Shown here one piece after another: positions 27,475 to 37,433 of a DNA stretch of 64,000 nucleotides; the stretch's first letter is position 1, and every line of letters starts with the position of its first letter. The DNA comes from a virus. Its lineage: Duplodnaviria > Caudoviricetes. The position numbers were made by a program, and so were the translations under genes. The notes beneath the pieces were generated by a model that did not search any database, had not been told where the DNA came from, and was given only the letters and a program-made list of their open reading frames with translations. Location of the stretch: positions 1 to 64,000 of the IMG/VR virus record IMGVR_UViG_3300010352_000284, one strand, 5' to 3'.

Positions 27475-29127
27475 ATGGCTACAAATCCGTCAGACATTAC
27501 GAACATGTTGAATGAAGTCATGGGAGCGATGAACAAATTATCAAGCTCCCAAATGGCTTCTGTTCAAAAATTAAATGATGCTCAAGAGAATGCTTCTGAA
27601 AAGAGTAGGAAGCTTTCTCGTGTTATTCAGACAACCGTTCAGCAGTTTGACTTGTTTGAAAATATAAAAGAAAAGAAAGAGAAAAAGAAGAACGATCCGG
27701 TAGACAAGCTTTTGAAGATGACCACGGATTTGTTGAAAAAGACAAACATCACCAAACCTGAAAAAAAGGCAACCAAGACAAAGGATGTTATAACTCCTGT
27801 CACAATAGAGAATTCAAATATCAATGTTCGTGGAAATTTGATTATGAATTCGAAGTCATTGCCGAAGATTCTTGGACTTGGGACTGAAAAGAAATCACAG
27901 TCTCTTGAGAATTTTGACATGGCAGAACAAGACCCAATTTTGCTAGAAGAGTTGAAGTTATTGAAGAGCATCGAAACCAAACTCGGAACTCCTGGTGGGA
28001 CTGGTGGAGGGTTGTTTGACGCATTGTTTGGAGGTCTTGGGAATTTAATAAAAATGTTTACGGGGGGTGCTGCTGGTGAAGTTGGAGGATTGATGGCTGG
28101 AATGTTTGGCCTGAATAAATTTGCCAAACTAAAAAATCTGTTGAATCCGATTAAATCCATTCAAAAGAGTTTACCTAAGATTGCTTCGGCTGGGAAATTG
28201 CTGAAGAATCCAAAGATGCTGATTCCTGCCTTGGTGATTGGTGGTGCTGGAGCTATTTGGTCTGGGATGAAAATGTATGAAGGTGGAGTGTTCACAAAGC
28301 CATTGGACCAAATTGGAAACCCTGAAGAACTGAATGCTGAACAGAGAGAAAAAGGTGGTTCGGTTTATTCAGGTAAGCCATACATTGTTGGTGAAAAAGG
28401 CCCAGAATTGTTCACCCCAAGAGAAACTGGAAAAATCGTCCCAAACAATCAATTACGTTCTCAGCGAGATGACAATACAACAACAAGCATTTTAGAATTG
28501 TTCAAAGACTATTCAAAATCATCTAACAAGGTATTTGATTACTTTGTAGATAAGGTTAAAACAGTTTTCGATTTTATCAAGCCATCCAACATTCTTGACA
28601 TGGTTCGGAAATTACTAGGGAAAGCTGCTGATAAGGTTGGAGATGTTATTGATAAAACAAAAGAAGCGGCTGCAACGGCTGTTACAAATGTTTTTAATTT
28701 CGGAAAAGAGAATGTTAACAAAGTAACAAATGTTTTAGGATTGGGGAATGTTTTTAATATGACTGCATCGGAATCACCAGAAACCTCGAAGGTTCCACAG
28801 CCACAAATATCCGAACCATCAATATCAAATATTCCAAGAAGTTACAGAATTGGCTCATATTCAGTTCCTTCTGATGGGCCTTCGAAGGTTCACAAAGATG
28901 AGATGATAATTCCAGCAGCGCAAGCAGAACTTGTTAGAACTGCTGCGAAACTTCAAAACTCACAAGTAAGCATTCCAAGAACTCCTGAAGTTGTTTCAAA
29001 TTCTCAATTGCCTAAAGAATTCTGGATGGAAGAGTTCGTGCCAAAATTCGCCAGTATGATAAAGACAAAGAAAACAAATGAGAGAATTAAAGAGTATACT
29101 ATTGGCAATGTATTCGGGGCTGCTTGA
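27475..29127 (+). CDS. Tape-measure-like protein, copy 1
   Basis: Gly/Leu-rich membrane-like segment; REKGGSV..GKPYIVGEKGPELFTP and VHKDEMIIP motifs typical of TMP C-termini; position after the chaperones. Confidence 0.7.
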   Translation: MATNPSDITNMLNEVMGAMNKLSSSQMASVQKLNDAQENASEKSRKLSRVIQTTVQQFDLFENIKEKKEKKKNDPVDKLLKMTTDLLKKTNITKPEKKATKTKDVITPVTIENSNINVRGNLIMNSKSLPKILGLGTEKKSQSLENFDMAEQDPILLEELKLLKSIETKLGTPGGTGGGLFDALFGGLGNLIKMFTGGAAGEVGGLMAGMFGLNKFAKLKNLLNPIKSIQKSLPKIASAGKLLKNPKMLIPALVIGGAGAIWSGMKMYEGGVFTKPLDQIGNPEELNAEQREKGGSVYSGKPYIVGEKGPELFTPRETGKIVPNNQLRSQRDDNTTTSILELFKDYSKSSNKVFDYFVDKVKTVFDFIKPSNILDMVRKLLGKAADKVGDVIDKTKEAAATAVTNVFNFGKENVNKVTNVLGLGNVFNMTASESPETSKVPQPQISEPSISNIPRSYRIGSYSVPSDGPSKVHKDEMIIPAAQAELVRTAAKLQNSQVSIPRTPEVVSNSQLPKEFWMEEFVPKFASMIKTKKTNERIKEYTIGNVFGAA

Positions 29128-31517
29128 TGGATATTCGTTCTTTTTTCAATTCAGAATATTCAAAGCTTCAAATATCTAACGAAAATACTGTTAGAGAAGC
29201 TGAGAAAACGAGTAGAATTCTTGATAGGCACATAAATGAATTTGAACAACTTAATAGAATTCTAAAAGGATTTCTTCAAGATAGTAATAAAGATGAAAAA
29301 AAGAATGTTACAAAAGAAGTCACAAAATTTAGAAACTATCAGAGAGAACTTGTATCTTCTGTAAAAAAGCTAATAACTCCTGAAAAGACAAAGACTGAAA
29401 AATTAACAGAAACAAAATTCAATAACAAGAAATTCGTTTTGTCTAATATTAAAATGTCCAAAGTCGAAATGAAAAATGTTGTTATTAAAATTTCAGGAAT
29501 TGGACCAGTAGCTAAGACATCTCAATCATTACAGAATTATGATACAACAGAACCAAATCCTTTAATGATGGACAAGATTACTATACTCAGACGAATTGAT
29601 AAGAATCTGTCAAATCGTCCAGGGATGGGGTCAGGTGAAGCGGAAAAGGAATCCGAAGGTGGCGGTTTTGGAAACATTTCAGGAATCGTTTCAGGGCTTC
29701 TTGGTGGTTCATTGTTTTCAAAAATCTTCGGAAAATTGTTCCCTAAAGCATCTATGATGAGGGCAGGACTTAAGATATTTGGTAAGACTGGAATAAGAAC
29801 GATACAAAAAGCTGGAAAAAAAGCAATTCCTGTCATTGGAGCCGTTTTCTCAGTTTACGATTTGTTTAAGACCATCAAATCAGGAATATCGGATTATAAC
29901 AAATATACTCAAGCTGGTGATTATCAAGCCGCGTCAGGAGTGATATCTTCTTCTTTAATGGGTGCTTTTGGAAATATTATAAACATTATTGGAGCATTTT
30001 TGCCGCCTCCTCTTGATATCGCGGCTATGGCTGTTGGAACGGGTATGGGACTTGTTTCTAACACAATGGCTTCAAAAAATGGTCGGACTTCTGGATTCAT
30101 TGGAGATGCTCGAAACAAAACTGCGATTGCTAAAAAGACAATTTCGGTTGAACAAGCCAAGGGAGAATTTGTAGAACTCCGGCCAAATTTCAAAAATCCA
30201 TCAAACATTTATTGGGAATATAATAATGGGACTGATTGGATTCCTGCGAAAGATAGTGGGACTGGGAAAAATCTATCCGCAATGAAAGATAGAAATTCAA
30301 TAATTCCAACAACCGATCCAAAGAAGCCAGGAATTCAAACATATCAAATCTCTACGAAACAAGGTGTTAGAGATATTGTGATGAAGAACGGACAATTGTT
30401 CATGAATGTTCCGAACGTTGGTCTTCTTCCATTATCAACAAGAAAGCAAGGCGGTTCTGTTGTAAAAAATAAAACGTACCTTGTTGGAGAGCATCGTGCT
30501 GAGACATATGTTCCTTCTAAGAAAAATGAAGAAATATTAAATCTAAAAACAAAGATTAAAAAAGATAGCAAAAAATCAATTGAAAAGATAGACAATTCGT
30601 TTAAGCTTATTGATGATAGTATGTTGTCAATTAAGAATTTTTTGAAATCTGGCTCTAGTACAAAATCTCCAACACCAGCACCTTCGGATAATGTTTCAAA
30701 TCAACAAGAGAATATTTCTGAACAAAAAACTAAAACAATGTCATCTATCGGTGATAATTTTCAAAATGTAACTCCGCAACAAGCAATCATGTCATCTATA
30801 GGGATAAAAACAAATATATCTGAAATAGTTTCTTCGAATGGACGAGAATTAACATTAAAAAGAAATGATGGTAGCACGGTTAAAAGAATTGGTAATATAA
30901 ATTGGAGAGCAAACAATCCAGGAAATATTCGTCCTAATAAATGGTCATTGCAATGGCCCGGAGTAGTTGGTTCTATTGATACTATGAATGGCGAGTTTTT
31001 AGTTTTCGAATCTTACGAATCGGGAAGAAATGCTCTATATAAGCAATTGTTTGAGCTAGATAGTTATAAAAACTTAACAATATCTAAAGCACTTCAAAGA
31101 TATGCTCCGGCAGCGGATAAAAATGATCCGGTTGCTTATGCGAAATCTGTTATAGCGGTTGCTGGTCGAGATGGTATATTATCTTCATTTGACGAAACTA
31201 CTCGTCAGAAAATTATAGATGCTTTCCAGAAAAAAGAAGGATACGTTCCAGGAAAAGAAATTATAAATTCATTTGATGTTGGTTCTTGGAAATTAGATTC
31301 GGACCAAGAAGCATTTATACACCAAGGGGAAATGATTATACCACAATCCCCCGCGAATAAAATTAGGTCTTTAGCAAAATCTGGAAAAATGGAAATAAAT
31401 ATTCCTCAAATGATTTCTGAATATGATATTTATTCGGATGCTTCGTTCTGGATAAATACTTTCATGCCAGCTTTAGCGAATGTTGTTCTTTCTGAATTTG
31501 GAGAAGTAAATGGCTGA
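29127..31517 (+). CDS. Tape-measure-like protein, copy 2, with lysozyme-like (NNPGNI) domain
   Basis: Paralog of 27475..29127; NWRANNPGNIR...F..YESGR.AL...TI..ALQRYAP..DKNDP.AY domain; TGATG overlap with the upstream gene. Confidence 0.72.
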   Translation: MDIRSFFNSEYSKLQISNENTVREAEKTSRILDRHINEFEQLNRILKGFLQDSNKDEKKNVTKEVTKFRNYQRELVSSVKKLITPEKTKTEKLTETKFNNKKFVLSNIKMSKVEMKNVVIKISGIGPVAKTSQSLQNYDTTEPNPLMMDKITILRRIDKNLSNRPGMGSGEAEKESEGGGFGNISGIVSGLLGGSLFSKIFGKLFPKASMMRAGLKIFGKTGIRTIQKAGKKAIPVIGAVFSVYDLFKTIKSGISDYNKYTQAGDYQAASGVISSSLMGAFGNIINIIGAFLPPPLDIAAMAVGTGMGLVSNTMASKNGRTSGFIGDARNKTAIAKKTISVEQAKGEFVELRPNFKNPSNIYWEYNNGTDWIPAKDSGTGKNLSAMKDRNSIIPTTDPKKPGIQTYQISTKQGVRDIVMKNGQLFMNVPNVGLLPLSTRKQGGSVVKNKTYLVGEHRAETYVPSKKNEEILNLKTKIKKDSKKSIEKIDNSFKLIDDSMLSIKNFLKSGSSTKSPTPAPSDNVSNQQENISEQKTKTMSSIGDNFQNVTPQQAIMSSIGIKTNISEIVSSNGRELTLKRNDGSTVKRIGNINWRANNPGNIRPNKWSLQWPGVVGSIDTMNGEFLVFESYESGRNALYKQLFELDSYKNLTISKALQRYAPAADKNDPVAYAKSVIAVAGRDGILSSFDETTRQKIIDAFQKKEGYVPGKEIINSFDVGSWKLDSDQEAFIHQGEMIIPQSPANKIRSLAKSGKMEINIPQMISEYDIYSDASFWINTFMPALANVVLSEFGEVNG

Positions 31518-32436
31518 ATGGAGCATTTATAAAAATCATGGTTCTGATGGTAAAGGTGATTTGGTCGATCCGGCACAGTTACCCGCTGCTCAAGAACATA
31601 AAATAACAATTGATATTATACCCAATGCTAATGTGCCAAATGCGAAATCAATATACACACTTATTGGTTTTATGAAAGACCAATTTAGCTATTCAGTTGC
31701 TGCACAATATAATAAAATTAAAGATATTCCATCATTAGATGGGTTTGCGAGATATGGAAAAGACCTTATAAATTCTGATGCTTCTTATCATTCCGGGTTT
31801 TTCTCAAAGAAAATGTTTGAACCAGGAAATGCTTATTCTAAATTAGACTTGAAATTTAGAATATACGATGACCCAACAATAACTAAAAAATGCGATTTGT
31901 TAATAGCATGTTGCTTGCCGATGATAGCTGGAGATAACCCAGTACTTAATACATCTGTTATCGCTGTAGGGTCGGATCTTTTTGGTAAAACGGTAGATGC
32001 TGCCGCCGAAGTCGCAGTAGCAGCCACTTCATTAAATGTTGGTACAACAATTGCCGCAGCTATGGATGCTATTATGAAGATTGGAACTACAAGAAAGCCG
32101 CCTCATCTAAATGTTAAAATTGGTTCGTATTTTTCAAAAACTGACATGGTTTTAACAAATGTTGAATTTACTTATTCAAAAGAATTTGTGTATAGTGAAA
32201 AATTAAAACAATCATATCCATTATACGCCGATTTTAACATTTCCCTTGAAAGCCTTTATTCGATGCTAGCTATGTCAGATACTACCGATGAAAATATTAA
32301 GAGGTTTGGAACAGGGTTTGAACAAAGTGGTATGGCCCGAGTTATTGTGAAAACGGCTCTTGATGAAAGACCTATAAAAACTATTATAAAATCCGCTGAG
32401 GAAGGATGGGGATATAAACCAGAGGTCAAAAAATGA
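31510..32436 (+). CDS. Baseplate tail-tube cap, gp48-like
   Basis: Tube-fold pattern (L.VKIG.YF...MVLTNVEFTYS) and synteny between TMP and gp53. Confidence 0.55.
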   Translation: MAEWSIYKNHGSDGKGDLVDPAQLPAAQEHKITIDIIPNANVPNAKSIYTLIGFMKDQFSYSVAAQYNKIKDIPSLDGFARYGKDLINSDASYHSGFFSKKMFEPGNAYSKLDLKFRIYDDPTITKKCDLLIACCLPMIAGDNPVLNTSVIAVGSDLFGKTVDAAAEVAVAATSLNVGTTIAAAMDAIMKIGTTRKPPHLNVKIGSYFSKTDMVLTNVEFTYSKEFVYSEKLKQSYPLYADFNISLESLYSMLAMSDTTDENIKRFGTGFEQSGMARVIVKTALDERPIKTIIKSAEEGWGYKPEVKK

Positions 32437-32792
32437 AAACTTCCCGTTCAAACTTTTTCAAAACAAACATGGTTGATGGCATTGCTGAACGTGATTTGAT
32501 AAATGTAGCGTTTAATGACTATACTTTCAAATACGATTTCACCAAGTATCGTCTTCAATATAATGATTACATGCGACCTGACCTTATATCTTTGAAATTT
32601 TATGGAACCTCTGATTATTGGTGGATTATTCTCAAATGCAACCCATCAATTGAAGATATTTGGAATGATGTTGCTATTGAAGATGAACAGGAAGAGAAAT
32701 ACCCAGAGGCGATAACACTTCTAGAATATATAAACATCCCGGCGAAACAAGATATTGATGATTTCATAGCATTCTCAAAGAACTATAACTAA
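32433..32792 (+). CDS. gp53: Baseplate wedge LysM-type protein, T4 gp53-like
   Basis: MRPDLIS.KFYG..DYWWIIL..N motif. Confidence 0.85.
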   Translation: MKTSRSNFFKTNMVDGIAERDLINVAFNDYTFKYDFTKYRLQYNDYMRPDLISLKFYGTSDYWWIILKCNPSIEDIWNDVAIEDEQEEKYPEAITLLEYINIPAKQDIDDFIAFSKNYN

Positions 32793-32803
32793 ATATATTT
32801 AAG

Positions 32804-34060
32804 ATGGCATCAGACAATACTAACTTAGATGGCGCTCAGTATTTTACTCGAGTTTTCATAGACGACCACGAACTTCCTAACAAGAGCATTCAATCACTTT
32901 CTATCAGAGAGTTTGTTCAAGATACTGCGTGTGAATTGGATTTGTTTTTCTTTGACAATGGTTTTTGTGTTGAACAATCCCCAATTGTTGATGGTTCCGT
33001 TGTCAAAGTAATTCTAGCAAAAGACAATGATGAAAAACCATTAGAGATGTCATTTGATGTCCTTGGTTCTAAAGTTGAAAAGAAAAATTCTCCAGGAAAC
33101 ACAATTTATTTCGTTGAGCTTGTTGGTATTACAAAAACCGAGAACCTTTTTGGTCCAGTTGCTCAGAGAGCTTTTGTTGGTCCATCTAATGAAGTTATTG
33201 GTCAAATTATCTCCGAAGAAAAAGATATAACTTATGTAGAAGAAGTGAAGTCAAATGATTCTCAGACATGGTTTCAGATTTCAATCAATAATTCGAACTT
33301 CGTGAAAAATATAATTCGTCGTTCATATTATCAAGACGAAGACATGGCATTGATTTATTGTAATTCAAAGAACGTTTTTACATTTTCAACATTAAAGACG
33401 AAGGCTGCGAAATCTTCAAAATATATCGCGATTAATAATGATTTAATGTCTCTTGATTCTGGAGATTATGATAAGGTTTTGAAGGATTTGAGAATTGACA
33501 CAAAGAACAAGAATGTTTTGTTTTTCAGAACCAATTATACATTTAATGATAATATGCCGATTGAAAACAGAACGGGTGGATATGGTTACGATTTCACTTA
33601 TTTTGATGGTACGAATTTTTATGACCATGTGATAAATTTTGATTATGCTCCTTTGACGAAATACATTAATAAGAAAAAAGGACACAATCTAAATTATGAT
33701 AGTATTAATTACAACATGCAAAATTCAAATGTTCATGGTAAATATATTTTAGCATACAATCAGAACAGTTATTTGTCTAGAACGTTCTTTTCAAATTTCA
33801 CAACAATCACAATATCTCCAAACAACAAGATTGATTTGATGGATAAGATTGATGTTCAGTTTTTGAAAATGGAAGATTCTGATTCTGGAGAAGTTTCGAT
33901 TGATGCTGCTCACTCTGGAGAATATTTGGTTGCCGGAATATATCACAACATTCAGCAAGGCGGTATTTACACAATGATTTTGATTCTTGCTAGGAATGGT
34001 TATAATATTGTTGAAGACCCGAAGATAAGTAAGGTTATGTTGGAGAAGGGAAATCTATGA
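32804..34060 (+). CDS. Baseplate hub protein, gp27/gpD-like
   Basis: Size, beta-rich N-terminus, HSGEYLV.GIYH...GG.Y.M.LILAR C-terminus; synteny gp53-hub-gp5. Confidence 0.7.
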   Translation: MASDNTNLDGAQYFTRVFIDDHELPNKSIQSLSIREFVQDTACELDLFFFDNGFCVEQSPIVDGSVVKVILAKDNDEKPLEMSFDVLGSKVEKKNSPGNTIYFVELVGITKTENLFGPVAQRAFVGPSNEVIGQIISEEKDITYVEEVKSNDSQTWFQISINNSNFVKNIIRRSYYQDEDMALIYCNSKNVFTFSTLKTKAAKSSKYIAINNDLMSLDSGDYDKVLKDLRIDTKNKNVLFFRTNYTFNDNMPIENRTGGYGYDFTYFDGTNFYDHVINFDYAPLTKYINKKKGHNLNYDSINYNMQNSNVHGKYILAYNQNSYLSRTFFSNFTTITISPNNKIDLMDKIDVQFLKMEDSDSGEVSIDAAHSGEYLVAGIYHNIQQGGIYTMILILARNGYNIVEDPKISKVMLEKGNL

Positions 34061-35514
34061 AACAACAAATGGCGAAACCTTTAATTCAACAGATTAGAGA
34101 GTTTGTTGATTTCAAAGAAGAGAACATTTATGATGGCCGGTATAATGGCGTAGTAGAAGATAACAATGACCCAGAACAAAATGGTCGTTGTCGAATCCGT
34201 GTCATGGGTCTTTATGATGGAATTGAAACAGAGCTTCTTCCTTGGGCTCTTCCAGATTTCTATTTTTCCGGTACTAAGAAAGGTTCATTCATAGTTCCTG
34301 AAATTGGCACAGTGGTTAATGTTTATTACGACGATAATGATATTTACCAACCACGATATTATTCAAAGACGATGGACCTTCAGAATCAATCATTTCAGGC
34401 GGACAAAACAGAAGACTATCCAAACAGCATGATTTTTTGGGAAACTGAACAGGGAGATTATTATAAATTCAATAGAGCCAAAGGAGAGGCGACATTCAGA
34501 ACTCATATGGGAGTTTTTGTCAAAGTCTTTCAGAATGGTAATATTGAAGTTTCTAATGATTCTACAGATGTTGGCTCAGTTAATTTGAATCTCAGAGGCA
34601 ATTTCAACATTTCGAATCAATTTGGAAACATCAACATCTTCACAAACAATTTCAATATCTCTGGTTTTGGAGACATGAATATTACGAATAATGGTTCGAC
34701 ACATATTAAAACATTACAAAACACCACAATACAGGCAAACGGAGACTGCGATATTACTACAGGTGGGGCGACAAAAATAACTGCGAAAGAATCGTGCTCA
34801 ATCGAATCAATAAACTGTAATATCCTTTCAAACAATATTAACTTTGATATTGCGACAGGCCCAGCAACAGTTTATAATACCAGCGGAACAATTGATACTG
34901 AAGACACTGCCCAAACATCTAAATTTGATATGTCTGTTGGTAGCGATTTAGGAGTTCCATTTATGGCAGTTGAACAGAGTCTTTTAGGAGGTCCATTCAA
35001 TTGTATTATGTTCGATCCAATGACAGGGCAACCACACCAAGGAAGACATGTTACTGGCGCTGCTGTATTCAGGGACACTACAAAAGAAAAGACACTTCTA
35101 GCAAAAACTATCGCGTCTCTTAATATTTCAAGAACAAAAGAAATAGCCGATGATACGAATGATATTATAAAGAAGTATGATTCTGTGACTGAGAAAACTA
35201 AGTTAATGTTATCTGGTCCTGCGGCAATAGCATTCACAGCAAAGAAAAAAGCTGAAGAAATTAACTCCGCTGTAGATTCAGTAAATAAGAAATATGATGC
35301 TTTGATTGTTGAAGCTGAACAAACATATGGGTCAAATATAACAAGCCCTGTATTTGGAACCAATCTTGAACCAACATCTCCTCAAGGAAAGAGTTTGATT
35401 TGGAATTCTAAGAAGCCCGCAGCGGATATACAAGCAAATCTAGACCCAACTGGAAAGACCGCCTATTATGATTTGATAGGAATGTCTGATGGATTGATAA
35501 GTTCGGAGGAATGA
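34057..35514 (+). CDS. gp5: Central spike, gp5/VgrG-like (OB fold + beta-helix, no lysozyme domain)
   Basis: YNGVVEDNNDPEQNGRCRIRV, LPWA, FIVPEIG.VV.V; 8-residue beta-helix repeats. Confidence 0.88.
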   Translation: MKQQMAKPLIQQIREFVDFKEENIYDGRYNGVVEDNNDPEQNGRCRIRVMGLYDGIETELLPWALPDFYFSGTKKGSFIVPEIGTVVNVYYDDNDIYQPRYYSKTMDLQNQSFQADKTEDYPNSMIFWETEQGDYYKFNRAKGEATFRTHMGVFVKVFQNGNIEVSNDSTDVGSVNLNLRGNFNISNQFGNINIFTNNFNISGFGDMNITNNGSTHIKTLQNTTIQANGDCDITTGGATKITAKESCSIESINCNILSNNINFDIATGPATVYNTSGTIDTEDTAQTSKFDMSVGSDLGVPFMAVEQSLLGGPFNCIMFDPMTGQPHQGRHVTGAAVFRDTTKEKTLLAKTIASLNISRTKEIADDTNDIIKKYDSVTEKTKLMLSGPAAIAFTAKKKAEEINSAVDSVNKKYDALIVEAEQTYGSNITSPVFGTNLEPTSPQGKSLIWNSKKPAADIQANLDPTGKTAYYDLIGMSDGLISSEE

Positions 35515-36014
35515 TGGTAAACTTAGATTCGGTAGTTAGTCGGTATAATGCTAAGAATCCTGTATATGAAGACATTATTAAAAATCTGGTTGCTTCTGGA
35601 CTTTATTCAGAATTTCTTGCCCCAGGTTCTAAAGCAGTGGATCCAACAGTTGAAGGAAACATTCTTCAATATAAAAATGGTGCTTCTGTTGAAAATGCGG
35701 CTGTAGCTCTTGAAGTTCTTGCTGATGGAATTTCAAAAGCTATTCTAAAACAATTGCGGGATGGATTTTCGGGTTCTTTTGATTCGGCTATTAATGTAAA
35801 CTTGAGCGCAACAGATTGTGTGAATGTTAATATATCTACAGATAATAATGTTCATGCTGCTCTTATTAAATTAGCGAATGAAGTTTCTATTTTACATACG
35901 ACAGTTGCTACAGTATTAACATCTCTTGGGTTTGCGGCTAATGTTGCTCAAATGGAAACCGAAATAGCAACGGCAAATGCTTTGGTTCAAACAAATACCA
36001 AGATTGCCTTATAG
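35511..36014 (+). CDS. Hypothetical baseplate-region protein
   Basis: ORF overlapping the gp5 stop; no recognised motif. Confidence 0.65.
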   Translation: MMVNLDSVVSRYNAKNPVYEDIIKNLVASGLYSEFLAPGSKAVDPTVEGNILQYKNGASVENAAVALEVLADGISKAILKQLRDGFSGSFDSAINVNLSATDCVNVNISTDNNVHAALIKLANEVSILHTTVATVLTSLGFAANVAQMETEIATANALVQTNTKIAL

Positions 36015-36017
36015 TTC

Positions 36018-36023
36018 TAAATA
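36018..36023 (+). promoter_or_regulatory. Late promoter TAAATA 5 nt before ATG 36029
   Basis: TAAATA-ATAAT-ATG. Confidence 0.65.
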
Positions 36024-36028
36024 ATAAT

Positions 36029-37048
36029 ATGGCTACTGCTGAACAAAATGTATGTAATTTATTAAGAGACACTTGGATGTCTTTAGTTACATTGATTGAA
36101 AATCTTGCGGATATTCCTAAAAGAGTATTAGACCAGATAAGACAATTGCTTCAAAAACTAAAAAACATCATTCTAAATTCTTTGGTTGACCATGCTAAAG
36201 AAATTATGGACATGATTAAATCATATTTGAAACTTAGAAATATTGATGGAACAAAAGCAAGACAATCGTTTTGCTCATTGTTATATGCCTGTACGCCAGC
36301 AATAAACAAATTAGTTGAGTATAATATTCTTCCAAAGTCGTTATCCGATGCTATTTTTGGTTCGTCGCTTGTATCAGAAGACACACTAAAAACATTTGGA
36401 TTTCAGAATGTCCAATTTAATAGTAATTTTGAATTATTTGAATATCTTGCTTGCCGGTTATCTATGACATCATTATTAAATTCTTTTATTGATAGACTTA
36501 TAAATTCTTTGATTGAATATTTGAGCCAGTTTGAAAAATATTTTGATTTGGATTTCTGGCTGAACAATCATTATATTGGTAGATTGATAAAAAGAAAGAT
36601 TGCGGAATATGAAGCTTTAATGTCAGAAATCTTAAGAATAATAAATGAAGATTTACAGCCATTCATGGATTGTGCTTTTGCTACATGCGATTTTGCAGTT
36701 TCAACAAAAAATTTCATGGAAGCATTTGGCTTGAAGCATCCAATTGAAAGCACTCCAGTCACAGGAAACACCAAGGCCGAATCTTGGAAAGTTAGTAAAG
36801 ACAAGATGTTTTCTGAGTTCAACAGTTCTTTAGAAAATACAAAACAAATTTTCATGCAAATAAAACATAACTCTGATGATGTTCAAGAAAATTATTCAAA
36901 AGCGAAGACAAAGATAACAAAAACTAATACTAACAATGAATTGGTTTCAGATGTAGTTACTCCTAAAGCGTATTCTGCTAAAAAGAAAACAGACCAATAT
37001 CATAGAGAGATAATTTTTATAAGCACTACAACAAGTGAGATTGCCTAA
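36029..37048 (+). CDS. Hypothetical helical protein in the baseplate cluster
   Basis: 339-aa ORF; no recognised motif. Confidence 0.7.
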   Translation: MATAEQNVCNLLRDTWMSLVTLIENLADIPKRVLDQIRQLLQKLKNIILNSLVDHAKEIMDMIKSYLKLRNIDGTKARQSFCSLLYACTPAINKLVEYNILPKSLSDAIFGSSLVSEDTLKTFGFQNVQFNSNFELFEYLACRLSMTSLLNSFIDRLINSLIEYLSQFEKYFDLDFWLNNHYIGRLIKRKIAEYEALMSEILRIINEDLQPFMDCAFATCDFAVSTKNFMEAFGLKHPIESTPVTGNTKAESWKVSKDKMFSEFNSSLENTKQIFMQIKHNSDDVQENYSKAKTKITKTNTNNELVSDVVTPKAYSAKKKTDQYHREIIFISTTTSEIA

Positions 37049-37422
37049 TGAGCGAATTATTTATAAATGGGTATGCTATAGATTTGTCAAAGAATTCGTT
37101 AACTGATTCGGATGTATATGATGCCAAAGCTTTGATACAATCTGTTGAAAATATTCTTCTAACTATTCCTGGAGAGCGTGTGTTTGAGCCGGGATTTGGT
37201 TCTCCTTTGATGGCAACAGTTTTCAAAAATCTCAACACGGAATCTGGCGAAAAATTGTTAGACTCTTTAATTTCATCGATAAATAGATTTGAGCCGAGAG
37301 TTAGAGTTCTTCCTAAACAATGTGGCCTTGAGATAAATCAAGCTCAGAATAAATTGACTATAAGTATTGTATTTATCGCATTAAAAACTGGAAATGTAAT
37401 AACTTATAGAAAAACTGTTTAA
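37048..37422 (+). CDS. gp25: Baseplate wedge/sheath initiator, gp25-like
   Basis: IQSVENILLTIPGERVFEPGFGS...I..FEPRV. Confidence 0.93.
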   Translation: MSELFINGYAIDLSKNSLTDSDVYDAKALIQSVENILLTIPGERVFEPGFGSPLMATVFKNLNTESGEKLLDSLISSINRFEPRVRVLPKQCGLEINQAQNKLTISIVFIALKTGNVITYRKTV

Positions 37423-37433
37423 GAAAGGGATTT

